Positions 1 to 10,750 of a stretch of 64,000 nucleotides of DNA are shown here, one piece after another. The position numbers and the translations under genes are program-made. The notes beneath the pieces were generated by a model. That model saw only the letters and a list, made by a program, of their open reading frames with translations. It was not told the DNA's origin and did not search any database. The stretch's first letter is position 1; the number at the start of each line of letters is the position of its first letter. Origin of the DNA: Stegostoma tigrinum (lineage: Eukaryota). Location: assembly GCF_030684315.1 (NCBI RefSeq), contig NC_081387.1, positions 1,406,497 through 1,470,496 of the forward strand, read 5' to 3'.

Positions 1-346
1 CTCTCTGCCAACAATACCTAGTAACAGAAACGTACACAATGCATTGCCGAAATTCATCAAAGCTCCATACAAAGCACCTTCCAAACCCATGGCCACTGCC
101 TTTTAGATGGAGATAGGCAGCAGACACAATGGAGGATCGCCTTTCATAATTTCCAATACAAAACACTCAACAACCTCACCTGTAAATATATCACCAATCC
201 TTTCATACCAAAATCCTGGAGCTCCCACCCTTGACTGCATTTGGATCTGTTTAGAGAATATGGATGCAGCAGTTTTCTCCAGGGCATCTAGGGACGTGTA
301 ATAAATGCTGGCCCAGCCAGCAATGCCCACATCCATGACTGAATAA

Positions 347-985
347 TGTGAAAATACTAAGTCATTAAAAGGTGCATTTTGTCCTTTTATTTTAGAAGAG
401 GCTTTAAGACAGAGGCACAGAGCTGTCTATTTAAATTGAATAAAGTAAACAGTTTGGGAGGCATTGTGGGTCTTTTCTAAAGTTGGAACAATAGAAGCAG
501 CCTGAATGAATGGGATTAGTCTCCCACAGGACCAGGACTTTTAGTTTTATTTTTTCAGTAGCGGTTTTGCTGGGATCTTGAAGTTGCTTTGGAAGCTATA
601 GTTCATCTGTCCCTGCTACTCTGTCTCTCAAAGCCTTCTCTGGATCTTTTTCCTCCAGGACTGGAGAATTGCCTGTGAGACTAACTATTTTACTGAACTT
701 GCTTTTGCTAAGGGTGTGTTTATGGGATATTTTTATTTTGTAATAGTTAATTAGTCATGGTTAACATGTCTATTATTTTGATAGACTTACAGATAAGCCA
801 ATCCTTTTCATTTTAGTTTGTCTGTATTTTAACTGCAAAGTGTGTTTTGCTTAATGTTGATTAGTCTGACCAACTGAATTGCATCTGGAACACAACATCT
901 TTCACTTACCTTTAAAATAAGCAAAAGTCAGGATCTAGACTATCTTCTTAAAATATTTTAAGGGGTTTAGGTACAGTCCATAACA
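347..985. mobile_element. Putative solo LTR
   Basis: ~640-bp non-coding unit bounded by TG...TAACA, resembling common shark LTR-type repeats; no TSD confirmed. Confidence 0.3.
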
Positions 986-1344
986 GTTATAAAAAAAAAA
1001 GAGCTATCACCAATGTGTTTACATCCTTCTTTAAACAAGGAGACCCTGAAACCGCACACAGTATTAAGATGCAGTCTCACTGATACCTGAACAACTGAAG
1101 AATAACATCTTTCCCTTTTTCTTCAATTTGATCAGCCTACATGTATTTGCTAACAACGTCCTTATGCCTTTTTCACATCATTATTCCTGAACCTAACAAA
1201 ATTAGCAAGAAGCCTTAGCTCCCCACGTTTTAGTTATTGATGTATCAGCTGAGGAGCCAGCGCAAACCCCTGTAGATCACACTGATGACATCCTGTCAAT
1301 CAGACAGAGACACCTTTATGCATATTTCTTCCACCAGGCAGAAT

Positions 1345-2180
1345 AATTAGATAGGCCAATGGGTTGAAGAATGGCAGGAAGAGTTTAATTTAGATAAATT
1401 TGAGGTTTCCATTTTGGCAAAGCAAATCAAGCCAGCACTTGTATGCTTGATGGTTGGGTCCTGGGGAGTGTAGCCAAACAAACAGACATTGGGGCACAGG
1501 TTCATTATTCCATGAAAGTGGAGCACCAAGTAAACAGGGTAGTGAAAAAGGCATTTGGTGTGCTTGCCTTTATTGTGCATTGAATACAGGAGTTGGGGGT
1601 CATGTTGAGGCTGTTCAGGACTTTGGTTGGCCACTTTCAGAACGTTGCATTCAAGTTTGGTCTCCCTGTTACAGGAAATATATTGTAAAACTTCAAAACG
1701 TTCAGAAAAGACTTAATAAGGATGTTGCTGAGTTGGAGGCTTTGAGCTATAGGGAGAGGCTGAATAGGTCGGGGCTATTTTTCCGGCAGCTTCAGAGGCT
1801 GAGAGTGATGTTATGGAGGTTTATAAATGAGAGGCATGAGTAGGGGGAATATCCAAGGTCTTTTTTTTCCCCAGAGTAGAGGAATACAAAACCAGAGGGC
1901 ATAGGTTTAAGGTGAGAGTGGAAAGATTTAAAGAGCACTTGATGGGTAACCTTTTCATGCAGAGGGTGGTGCATGTCTGAAACAAGTTGCCAGAAAATGG
2001 TGAAGGCTGGTACAAGTACAACATGTGAAAGACAGCTAGATGGGTATTTGTATAGTAAGTGTTAGTGTGATACTGGCCAAATGCTGGCAAATGGAATGAG
2101 GTTAACTTAGGACAACTGGTCAGCAGGGACAACTTGGACCGAAGGTTCTATTTCCATACTGTATAACTCCATGACTCTAT
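1345..2180 (+). mobile_element. CR1 LINE 3' fragment
   Basis: Frameshifted ORF2 end (CIQVWSPCYRK..KLQNVQKR, LSYRERLNR.GLF) and tail ctgtataactccatgactctat. Confidence 0.85.
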
Positions 2181-2479
2181 AATGGAGATGGCCCCAGGTT
2201 GGGTTTATATCCTTTTAAATTGCAGATTCGACCTCTGACTGTCCACTGATCCCAGTTAATCCTACACAGCTCTTTATATATAGGGTAGTGGTAAGCCAAC
2301 TGAGGGAATGCCGCATAAAAGTGTTACTTAACAGCAAAATTGCCATGGAGCCCCTAACATGTCTGCTGCAATTTAATAAACTAACTGGCAATTCTAATTC
2401 CACGTTCCAGCCACTGCTGTGTAGTCTTGAAGGTTACAGCACTTGAGATGAAGATCCAAGGACCTTTTAAATGAGGAGA

Positions 2480-2652
2480 CAGTAAGAACTGCCGATGCTG
2501 GAGTCAGAGACAACACAGTCTGGAGCTGGAGGGACATGGCAGGCCAGACAGCATCAGAAGAGTAGGAAAACTAATGTTTCGAGTTGGGACACTTCCTCAT
2601 TTTCTGGCGAACGGTCTCAACCTGAAATGTCAGCTTTCCTACTCTTCTGATG
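2480..2652. mobile_element. Degenerate palindromic PLE-tail insertion
   Basis: Opposed diverged tail copies with a decayed hammerhead. Confidence 0.55.
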
Positions 2653-3113
2653 AATGAATTTAGGCTTTCCGCCACAAACAGCAAATAGGCCAACGAATCC
2701 TACGGCACAGTTTTTGAAAACAATTTACCTCTTATCTAATCATTCTTAAAATTCCCTCAAATGCGTGCCCTCATGGTAACTGACTGCTGCACTGGAGAAA
2801 GCAAAGCTGTACTGCCCCCGCTATCCATGTCCTTTGACATTCTGTTTATGTCTTGTAAAACATTGGCTGTGCTCAGGGAAATAATCCTAACTAACCCAAT
2901 CTTTCTTCATAGCTGGATTTCCTAAACATTTGTGAAAATTCTCCCTGTCTTCTGTCAGGGCAATGATGTCCGTCCTGTGAGGTATTGACTAGGCCTGTGC
3001 ACACAATGATTGATTTAGTCTCTCTCCTTGCAGCGGTCATACAGGTAAGAGGGAAAGTGTCATCTCAGACCAACAAGTCTGCGCTGCTCAGAAGAAAACA
3101 TCTAATTATTCTT

Positions 3114-3292
3114 GTAGCAGAGATGATGGGGACTGCAGATGTTGGAGAATCCAAGATAATAAAGTGTGAAGCTGGATGAACACAGCAGGCCAAGCAGCAT
3201 CTCAGGATGAAGGGTCTAGGCCCGAAATGTCAGCTTTTGTGCTCCTGAGATGCTGCTTGGCCTGCTGTGTTCATCCAGCTTCACACTTTATT
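3114..3292. mobile_element. Miniature palindromic PLE-tail insertion
   Basis: Antisense tail followed by sense hammerhead remnant and tail; 14-bp TSD atctaattattctt at 3100-3113 and 3293-3306. Confidence 0.85.
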
Positions 3293-3639
3293 ATCTAATT
3301 ATTCTTATCCTACTTCCAGGACTTGGCTCATTGTTGAATACCTTGGCATCCCAAATGCCCACCTAAATATTTCCTAAAAGTTATGTAATACATCTCAATC
3401 ACCTCCCCTCTCAATCTTCAGGATTCTGAAGAATACAATCCCACTCTATTCAATCTCTTCATATATCTAAGACTCTCCAGACAATATCCTGCTAAATCTC
3501 TGCACACTCTCCAGTGAAATATCCCTCCTATAATATTATTTGCAGAACTGTACACTATATACATACTTTATCACTCATACTATTCTAGTATTGTGACCAT
3601 GCATGTGCATTCAATATTTTACCAAATAAAGGAAAGTAA

Positions 3640-3945
3640 AGTATCCCTACGGTATGGGAGCAGGCCATTCAGCCCATCAAGTGCAGCCAATTCTACAAAC
3701 CTAACTCCACCCCCAACGCTATAACCCTGCATTTCTCATGGCTTATCCACATAGCCTGCACATTCGTCGACACTACAGGCAATTTAACATGGCCAATCCA
3801 TCTAACCTGCCCATCTTTGGACTTTGAGATGAAACCAGAGCACCCAGAGGAAACCCACACAGACATGGGGAGAACACGCAAACTGTACACAGTCACCCGA
3901 GGGCGGAATTGAACCAGGTCCCTGGCTGTGTGAGGAAGCATTGAG
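3640..3945 (-). mobile_element. HE1-type V-SINE
   Basis: Reverse-complement B box, V-domain and tail. Confidence 0.8.
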
Positions 3946-4429
3946 GCATGCTAAGTTCTCTGGCTTCCTCTACCCAACTCAGTGGCTCCTTGTCCCAAGC
4001 AGTTCCTTTGCTTTATTCACCACAAGAAAAATCCAAAGACTCATCCTTCAATTAAAATAATCAGAGAAAACATAGATTCAATTCTGATATCTCAGATTAA
4101 GCTGTGTATTTTAAGTAACAGTAATTTCCAGTTATTTTATAAATTGAACTATTGATCTGAGTAATTTAGCTAACACCGCGGCCAGACTTGCCAGCATAGA
4201 ATTACTTCACCTCACCCTCATAATCCTTTCAAGTAACTTTTTGATATCTCTGGTACTTTCTTTGTATTTAGTAAGAAATGGAAAATAGTTCTCAAAACAT
4301 CCAGTAATTGTGTTCTCACTTTATTTAACAGCCTGGGTCCAATTCCACTGGAATCTGGTGATGTCTGTCCATCCTGTAATTCCTGCCTCACTATGATTAT
4401 TTTATCTCACAGTTCATGCTCCATGCATA

Positions 4430-5515
4430 GTCACAGAGTCATACAGTCATGCAACATGGAAACAGACCCATTGTTCCAAACTGTATCCACTACTTCCCCT
4501 GGAAATTCATTCCACACATGAACCATTCTCTGTGTAAAAACAAAAGTGCTCCTTTTATCTTTTATAAATCTCTCTCCTCTCACCTTAAAAATATGCCCCT
4601 TTGTCTTGCAATCCCCCACCCTAGGGGAAAGACACCAGCCATTCATCTTATGTTTACCCTTCACAAAGATACAAGGTCACCTCTCAACTTCCTAAGCTCG
4701 AGTGAGAAAAGGCCCCAGTCTGTCCAACCTGTCCTGATATCATTGGGGTCATTGGGGTCATTTAAGAGACTGCTGGACATGTATATGGTCACAGAAATTT
4801 GAGGGTGCATACATGAGGATCAATGGTCGGCACAACATTGTGGGCTGAAGGGCCTGTTCTGTGCTGTACTGTTCTATGTTCTATGTTCTATATCGCAAAA
4901 TCTCCATTCCCTGTAATATCCCAGTAAATCACTTCTGAACCCTCGTCAGCTTAAAAATATCTTCTTGCAATAAGGCGACCAGAACTGGACACAGTACTCC
5001 GGAAGAGGGGTACCCAATGTCCTACACAATCTCAACATGATGTCTCAACTCCTATACTTAAAGGTTTGAGCAATGAAGACAAATGAGCGATATGCCACTT
5101 TAACCACCCTGTTCATGTGTGATGCAAACTTCACATAATTGTATCCCTGAACTTCTGGGTCTCAGTTCTACAACATGACCTAAGGTATTACTTTAAGTTT
5201 TATAAGTCCTGCCCTTGTTTGTTTTGCCAAATGCAATATCTCACATTAAACTTCATCTGCCATTCTTCAGCCCATTGACCTAATTGGTCAAGATCTCTGT
5301 GTAATTTTAGATAACATTCTTCACTGAGTACTACACCACCAATTTGAGTGCAATCTGCAAACTTATTAACAATGTTTTCTACAGTCTCCTCTAAATCATT
5401 TACATAAAAGACAAACAAAAGTGGACTTAACACTGATCCCAGTGGTCACAGGCCTCGATTCTGAAAAACATGCCACCACTGTCACTCTCAGTCACCTGCA
5501 TCTTTAACCTGAACA
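4430..5515 (-). mobile_element. CR1 LINE 3' fragment containing a short plus-strand CR1 3' end (4741-4890, (TTCTATG)n tail)
   Basis: LSPLLFVFYVNDL...KFADCTQIGG...LDQLGQWAEEWQMKFN. Confidence 0.85.
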
Positions 5516-5696
5516 CCTTTATCTTCCTCCTGGGAACAGAGGCAAAACAGTCATTTGGACCCTGAGACATGTTCTGTGAATCCACAAATATGTTACCTTC
5601 CCTGATAGGCCCAACCCTTTCATAAGAAAATAAGAGAAGTAAAGAATTCCAATCCTCCAACCTGATCCTCCATTCAAAGTAGTTATGTTTAATCTC

Positions 5697-6725
5697 ACAG
5701 ATAGTCGGAACTGCAGATGCTGACGAATCTGAGATAACAAGGTGTGGAGCTGGGTGAACACAGCAGGCCAAGCAGCATCTTAGGAGCAGGAAGGCTGATG
5801 TTTCGGGCCAAGACCATTCTTCAGGAATGGGGGAGGGGAAGGGGGTTCTGAAATAAAGAGGGAGAGAGGGGGAGGCAGATAGAAGGTTGTCTCCCCTCCA
5901 ACCCCACCACACCCGGCACTTTTCCCTGCAACTGCAGGAAGTGCTACACCTGCCCTGACACCTACACCTCACCCCTCACCCCAATCCCAGGCCCCAAGGA
6001 GACTTTTCACATCAAGCAGATGTTCACCTGCACATCTGCTAATGTGGTATACTGCATCCGTTGCTCCCATTGTGGCCACCTGTACGTCAGGGAAGCCAAG
6101 CGGAGGCTTGGGGACCGCTTTGCAGAACACCTATGCAATAAACAACTGCACCTCCCAGTCGCAAATAATTTCAGCTCCCCCTCCCATTCCTGGCCCTCCT
6201 GCAGTGCCACAACGATGCTACCCAAATGTTCCAGGAACAGCAACTCATGTGCTGCTCGGGAACCTTGCAGCCCAATGTATCAATGTGGACTTCACAAGCT
6301 TCAAAATCTCCCCTCTACTACCACACCCCAAAACCAGCCCAGCTCATCCCTGCCTCCCTGACCTGCACTTCCTTCCACCTATCCTCTCCTCCCACTTCAA
6401 GCCCCACCCCCATCTCCTACCTCCTAACCTCATCCCACCCCCTTGACCTGTCCATCCCCCCTTGACTAACCTATCCCCTCCCTACCTCCCCACCTACACT
6501 CACCTTTACTTGGTCCATCTCCACATCTTTGACCTATCTGTCTCCTCCCCAACTATCTTCTCCTCTAGCCATCTTCTATCCACCTCCCCCTCTCTCCCTA
6601 TTTATTTCAGAACCCCCTCCCCCTCCCCCTCCCCCATTTCTGAAGAGGTGTCTTGAAATGTCAGCTTTCCTGCTCCTCTGATGCTGCTTGGCCTGCTGTG
6701 TTTATCCAGCTCTGCATCTTGTTAA
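5697..6725. mobile_element. Inverted-structure PLE (short minus tail 5697-5885, plus EN and tail 5890-6725), diverged
   Basis: GIY-YIG remnant NVVYCIRCSHCGHLY; opposed copies of the tail. Confidence 0.85.
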
Positions 6726-7292
6726 GTCAAATCAAATCTCAGTATTCTCATTCTGAGTTACCCTTTATTCCCTGATTCTTTCTGGCTTTCACTCAATTAC
6801 TATCAATACTCCCAGCAAGAAAAAAGGCAGCTTTAAGCACTCCTTATTCATTGATGCTTACTAGGTCCTCAGTCAGAATCTCATCTCCCCAATGAACCAA
6901 CTCTCAGGTCTCTTATCAATGACTGTCAGTGCCCCTCAGACACCTGGTCTCAGTCACTGCTTATTCGCTGACATTCAGTTTCCCACATTCACTATGTCCT
7001 TTTTAATGCAAAAGCCTCAGATCTCTTCTCACTCACTGAATCTACCTGTACTCACCAAATTTACATACTTCAGCTTCGCACAAACTCTCAGAACCCCCTC
7101 GGTCAGTGAATTTCACTCCCCTCACCCTTCATCACTCCCTAACTCAGTTACCAAATCACACACTCCCTCACTCCTTCACATTCACCAGCCCTCAGTTCCC
7201 ACTCAGTTACCAAACCTCAATTCCCCTCATTAATGATGACAAACCATATGTCACTCACCAAACCTCAGTCCCCTTCACGTTTGATCACTCAC

Positions 7293-7571
7293 CAGCCTTC
7301 AGTTCGGTCTCTCCAATCTCCAAGTGTTTCAACAATAGCTCTTTACATTCCATCTCCAGGAACTGCCTTCTCAACTGGTTGTAGACTTTGTCTCTGTCAC
7401 ACTGTCTCTTGATCGTCTCGGTCCATGGTAAAAGTAATCTTCTCACCCAGTGCAAGTGATCCGTGTCAAACTTGAAGTAGTCCTTCCCATTCCAGGCATA
7501 CTCTTCCAGTACTCTTGTTGTCTCACCATCACAGATCTCACAGGCAGATATACGCTGAAGTGTGTTGATAG
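7293..7571 (-). CDS. MHC class I-like heavy chain, alpha2 exon (non-classical)
   Basis: Acceptor ttttaacattgaaag and donor G|gtgagt, phase 1-1, 279 bp. Translates (A)INTLQRISACEICDG...YAWNGKDYFKFD...W...FLEMECKELLLKHLEIGETELKA; the C101-C164 pair is present and the exon is in frame with alpha1. Confidence 0.95.
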
Positions 7572-8299
7572 CTTTCAATGTTAAAAACAAATCTACTCAG
7601 AATGAAATGCACAGAGACTGCACTCACCCCTCACTGTCATTCAAGCACACATCTCCATTCAGAATGAAATTCTCAGAGTTAATGTATCTGGTGCAATGTT
7701 TTCAGGAAAAGTGGAAAGAATAACTAGGCAGTGAGGGAAAATAAGGTGTATAGGAGTGAGAGAATAGGGAATGTTAACAGCAGAGGTCAGAAGAGTGGAA
7801 TGGGAGTGCAGGCAGGGGAGTTAGAGGTAAAGGGCAGGTAGGAGTGAAAGGGTGGCAGGGAAGAGAGATTGTGGAATTTTTTTTAAAAAATGCTATCGAA
7901 ATGGGAATTAAAAAGTCTGGCCATGGATGAGCAAGAGTGAAATGTTAAGAGTGAAATATTTACACAAAGGACGGTATCCCGGCATCAATCACCCCTTAAT
8001 GATGCATGGTCCCAAAACATTACCACTGGTTAAGGACTTCTCTCCTTTGAGGCTGTGAAACCTGTTGGGGTTTTCTGTTTTATTTTCAAATTCCAGCACT
8101 GCCCTTCTCTAGTTAGTCTTTTGGAATTCACATGACTGCACAGTCCTCACCATCATTCAAGCATACATTTCCACTCAGAATGAAATTCAGAAAGACTGCA
8201 CTGCTCATTGTTATTCAAATGCACATCTCCATTTAAAATCACCTAACCAGATGGAGCAAATTGATCAGATAGATCCTCAAATAAATAGATAAGAGCCTG

Positions 8300-9025
8300 A
8301 GTGAGAGGCTACACCTGGAGTACTGTGCGAAGTTTTGGTCTCTTTACCTGATAAAATCTGTAATGGCACTGGAAGAGGTGCAGAGGAGGTCACTATGTTG
8401 AGAGTTTAGCTTATGGGGAGAGATTGAGTAGATTGGGACTACGCTAATTGGAATTTAAAAGAATGAGGGAATTTATAGAAACATATGAAATTATGAAGGG
8501 AATACTTAAGATAGAACTAGGGATAGAAGCAGCAGTTCTGAGGAAGGGTCACTGGACCCGAAACATTAATTGTTTTCTCCTCCACAGATGCTGCCAGACC
8601 TTCTGAGCTTTTCCAGCAACTTTGTTTTTGTTCCTGATTTACAGCATCCACAGTTCTTTTGGTTTTTCTTTAAATAGAAGTAGGGCTGTTGTTTCCACGG
8701 GCAGATGAAAGTAAAACTAGGGGGCATAGCCTCAAAATAAAGGGGAGCAGATTTGGGACTGAGTTGAAGAGGAACTTCTTCTTTGGAAGGTTGTGAATCT
8801 GTCAAATTCCCTGCCCAGAGCAACAGTTGAGGCTACCTCATTGAATGTTTTAGGGGCAAGATAATGGATTTTTGAACAGTAAAGTTATGAAGAAATTATG
8901 TTTGGGGGAGTGCTGGTGAGTGGAACTGAACCAGTGAAAAGATCAGCCAAAATCTTATTGAGAAGCAGAGCAGGATCTATGCATCAGATGGCGTTTTCCT
9001 GTTCTTAATTCTGATCTTCTTATGA
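8300..9025 (+). mobile_element. CR1 LINE 3' fragment
   Basis: LEYCAKFWSLYL and RGHSLKIR homology; interrupted by a PLE-tail insertion. Confidence 0.8.
8538..8570 (+). ncRNA. Hammerhead motif of a second PLE-tail family
   Basis: CTGAGGA-a-GGGTC(ACTG)GACCC-GAAA-CATT; helix III carries a G>A change; lies in a ~140-bp insertion inside a CR1. Confidence 0.6.
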
Positions 9026-9049
9026 AATTATGAGGGACCAAAGAGGGAA

Positions 9050-9660
9050 AGAATGCTAATGTGGTAACCGTAACCAGGCAGTGAGGGACAATCGGGTGTA
9101 CAGGGGTGGGTGAGCAAGGAATGTAGGCAGCAGATATCAGGAGAGTGGAATGGGAATGCAGGAAGGAGAGTTAGTGGAAGAGGGGAGGCAGACATGAAAG
9201 AACCGAGTGGGCAGTTAGGGGAAGAGGGCAGGTAAGAGTGAAAAGAAGACAGAGGAAGAGGGATAGCAGAACATAAAACAAAAAAAACACTTGTTCTGGA
9301 AATGAGAAGTAACGGGTCTGGCATAGTGAGAGAGGGAGTGAAAGAGGAAGAGAGAAGCAGGAGGAAGGGGTGGGGGACATGAACTAGTGGGAGGAACAGT
9401 GGGATAGAAAGATAGAAAGAGGGCTGAAATGGGCAGGAAGTGGAGAGGTGACCAACAGGGAAGAACAGGAAGAGAGGAGCTAACAAAAGAGGGGACACGG
9501 AGAGTGGAAGGAAAAGGCTGGGAGCGAGAGATGTGGGAGCAGGAAAGAGAGGCAAACGCAATAAGTGAGGGGAAGAGGTGAATGAAGAGTGGGAGGGAAG
9601 TGAGGAGTGAAAGGGGAGCGAAAGAGCACAATGAAAGAGAAGACAAAGGAACAGTACATC
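9050..9660. repeat. Purine-rich (GA) low-complexity tract
   Basis: Strong A/G strand bias; source of the spurious hydrophobic minus-strand ORFs. Confidence 0.8.
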
Positions 9661-9744
9661 TAATGGTAAATAAAACAAAATATCGCTTGAGAAATCAGCA
9701 GTTCGGACGTATTTGTGAAAGAGGCACGTTTTGATTCTGATGAC

Positions 9745-10072
9745 TGGGTCCAGTAGTTAACACTGCTGCATAGGGCCCGGGTTTGGTTCCGCCCTTGGGT
9801 GATTCCTTAGGTGAGGAGTTTCCACATTCTCCCTGTGCCTGTGTGGGTTTCCTCTACGGGCTCCCGTTTCCTCCCACAGTCCAAAGGTATGCAGGTTAGG
9901 TAGTTTGGCCATGCTAAATGTCCCATAAAATACATAGGCTAAGTGGATTAGCCATGGAAAATTGAAATTTACAGGGATAGAGTAAGAGGTTGGGTCTGGA
10001 CGGGATGCTCTTCAAAGGTCAGTGTGTGGACCCAATGTGCCAAATGGCCTATTTCCACACCGTAGGGATTCC
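9745..10072 (+). mobile_element. HE1-type V-SINE in the MHC alpha1-alpha2 intron
   Basis: V-domain and tail; diverged head. Confidence 0.8.
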
Positions 10073-10155
10073 ATGGATACCTGTTTCCAGCTACTGTGCT
10101 GCTGAGGGGTGTATTTAAGATGCTGATCTGTGGAGAGAAGTTTAAGAGAACTCAC

Positions 10156-10416
10156 CGCCTGTCTGGTTGCTCAGGCTAATGGCATTCTGAAAACAGATAA
10201 ATGTACTTCGCTGCCAATTTTTTGCCATCTCCGTTTGTTTCTTCCAAAAATCAGGTCCCCGTCGATCTGCCATCCACCGTTGTCGCGGAATCATCTCCAT
10301 CCGATCACTGTCATAATGAATAATCTGTACATCATCCACAAAGCCAACAATCTGAAACTTTGGCAGACCCGGGATTGGGGTCATTGCTGTGTACAAATAC
10401 CGGAGAGAGTGGCAGC
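10156..10416 (-). CDS. MHC class I-like heavy chain, alpha1 exon (non-classical)
   Basis: Acceptor tctctgtttcag and donor G|gtgag, phase 1-1, 261 bp. Translates (G)CHSLRYLYTAMTPIPGLPKFQIVGFVDDVQIIHYDSD...PRQRWM...PDFWKKQT...NQTG, with typical class I alpha1 motifs and the N86 glycosylation site. Confidence 0.95.
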
Positions 10417-10419
10417 CTG

Positions 10420-10750
10420 AAACAGAGAGAGAGATCGAGAGAGAGAGACTTCAGATCACGACCTGCAAAACACCAAACCCAGAGGAAGAGGGAGAGAGAG
10501 AGAGATCAGGGCATGAACCCCAAAAACACAAACCCCAGAGCGGGAGGAGGAGAGAGAGCGAGACAGAGAGATAGCGAAAAGACTCTGAAACAACAAACAC
10601 GTGGACAGAGAAACAGAGAGATAGAAATAGGGACGTTATCCCAAAACACCAACCCTTGAGCGAAAGAAGGAGAGTGAAAAAGAGAGACGGAGGACATGAA
10701 CCCCAAAACAGTAACAATTTCATCCACATACAAAGAGAGTTCTGAAACAC
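10420..10750. repeat. Degenerate minisatellite (~55-65-bp unit, 4-5 copies) with GA tracts just upstream of the alpha1 acceptor
   Basis: Recurring aaaacac(c)aaaccc...gagagagag...catgaacccc. Confidence 0.75.

Noticed and set aside
9028-9678. 216-aa hydrophobic ORF and overlapping ORFs
   Set aside because: They are the antisense reading of a GA-rich low-complexity intronic tract.
10654-10729. Signal-peptide-like MWMKLLLFWGSCPPSLFFTLLLSLKG with a weak phase-1 donor as the MHC leader exon
   Set aside because: It lies inside a CT-rich minisatellite where hydrophobic frames arise by chance, and the donor GTTGGT is weak; the leader exon remains unidentified.
10420-10750. Repeat-spacer-like periodicity
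   Set aside because: The units are degenerate and low-complexity in a vertebrate intron, with no cas genes; it is a minisatellite, not a CRISPR array.
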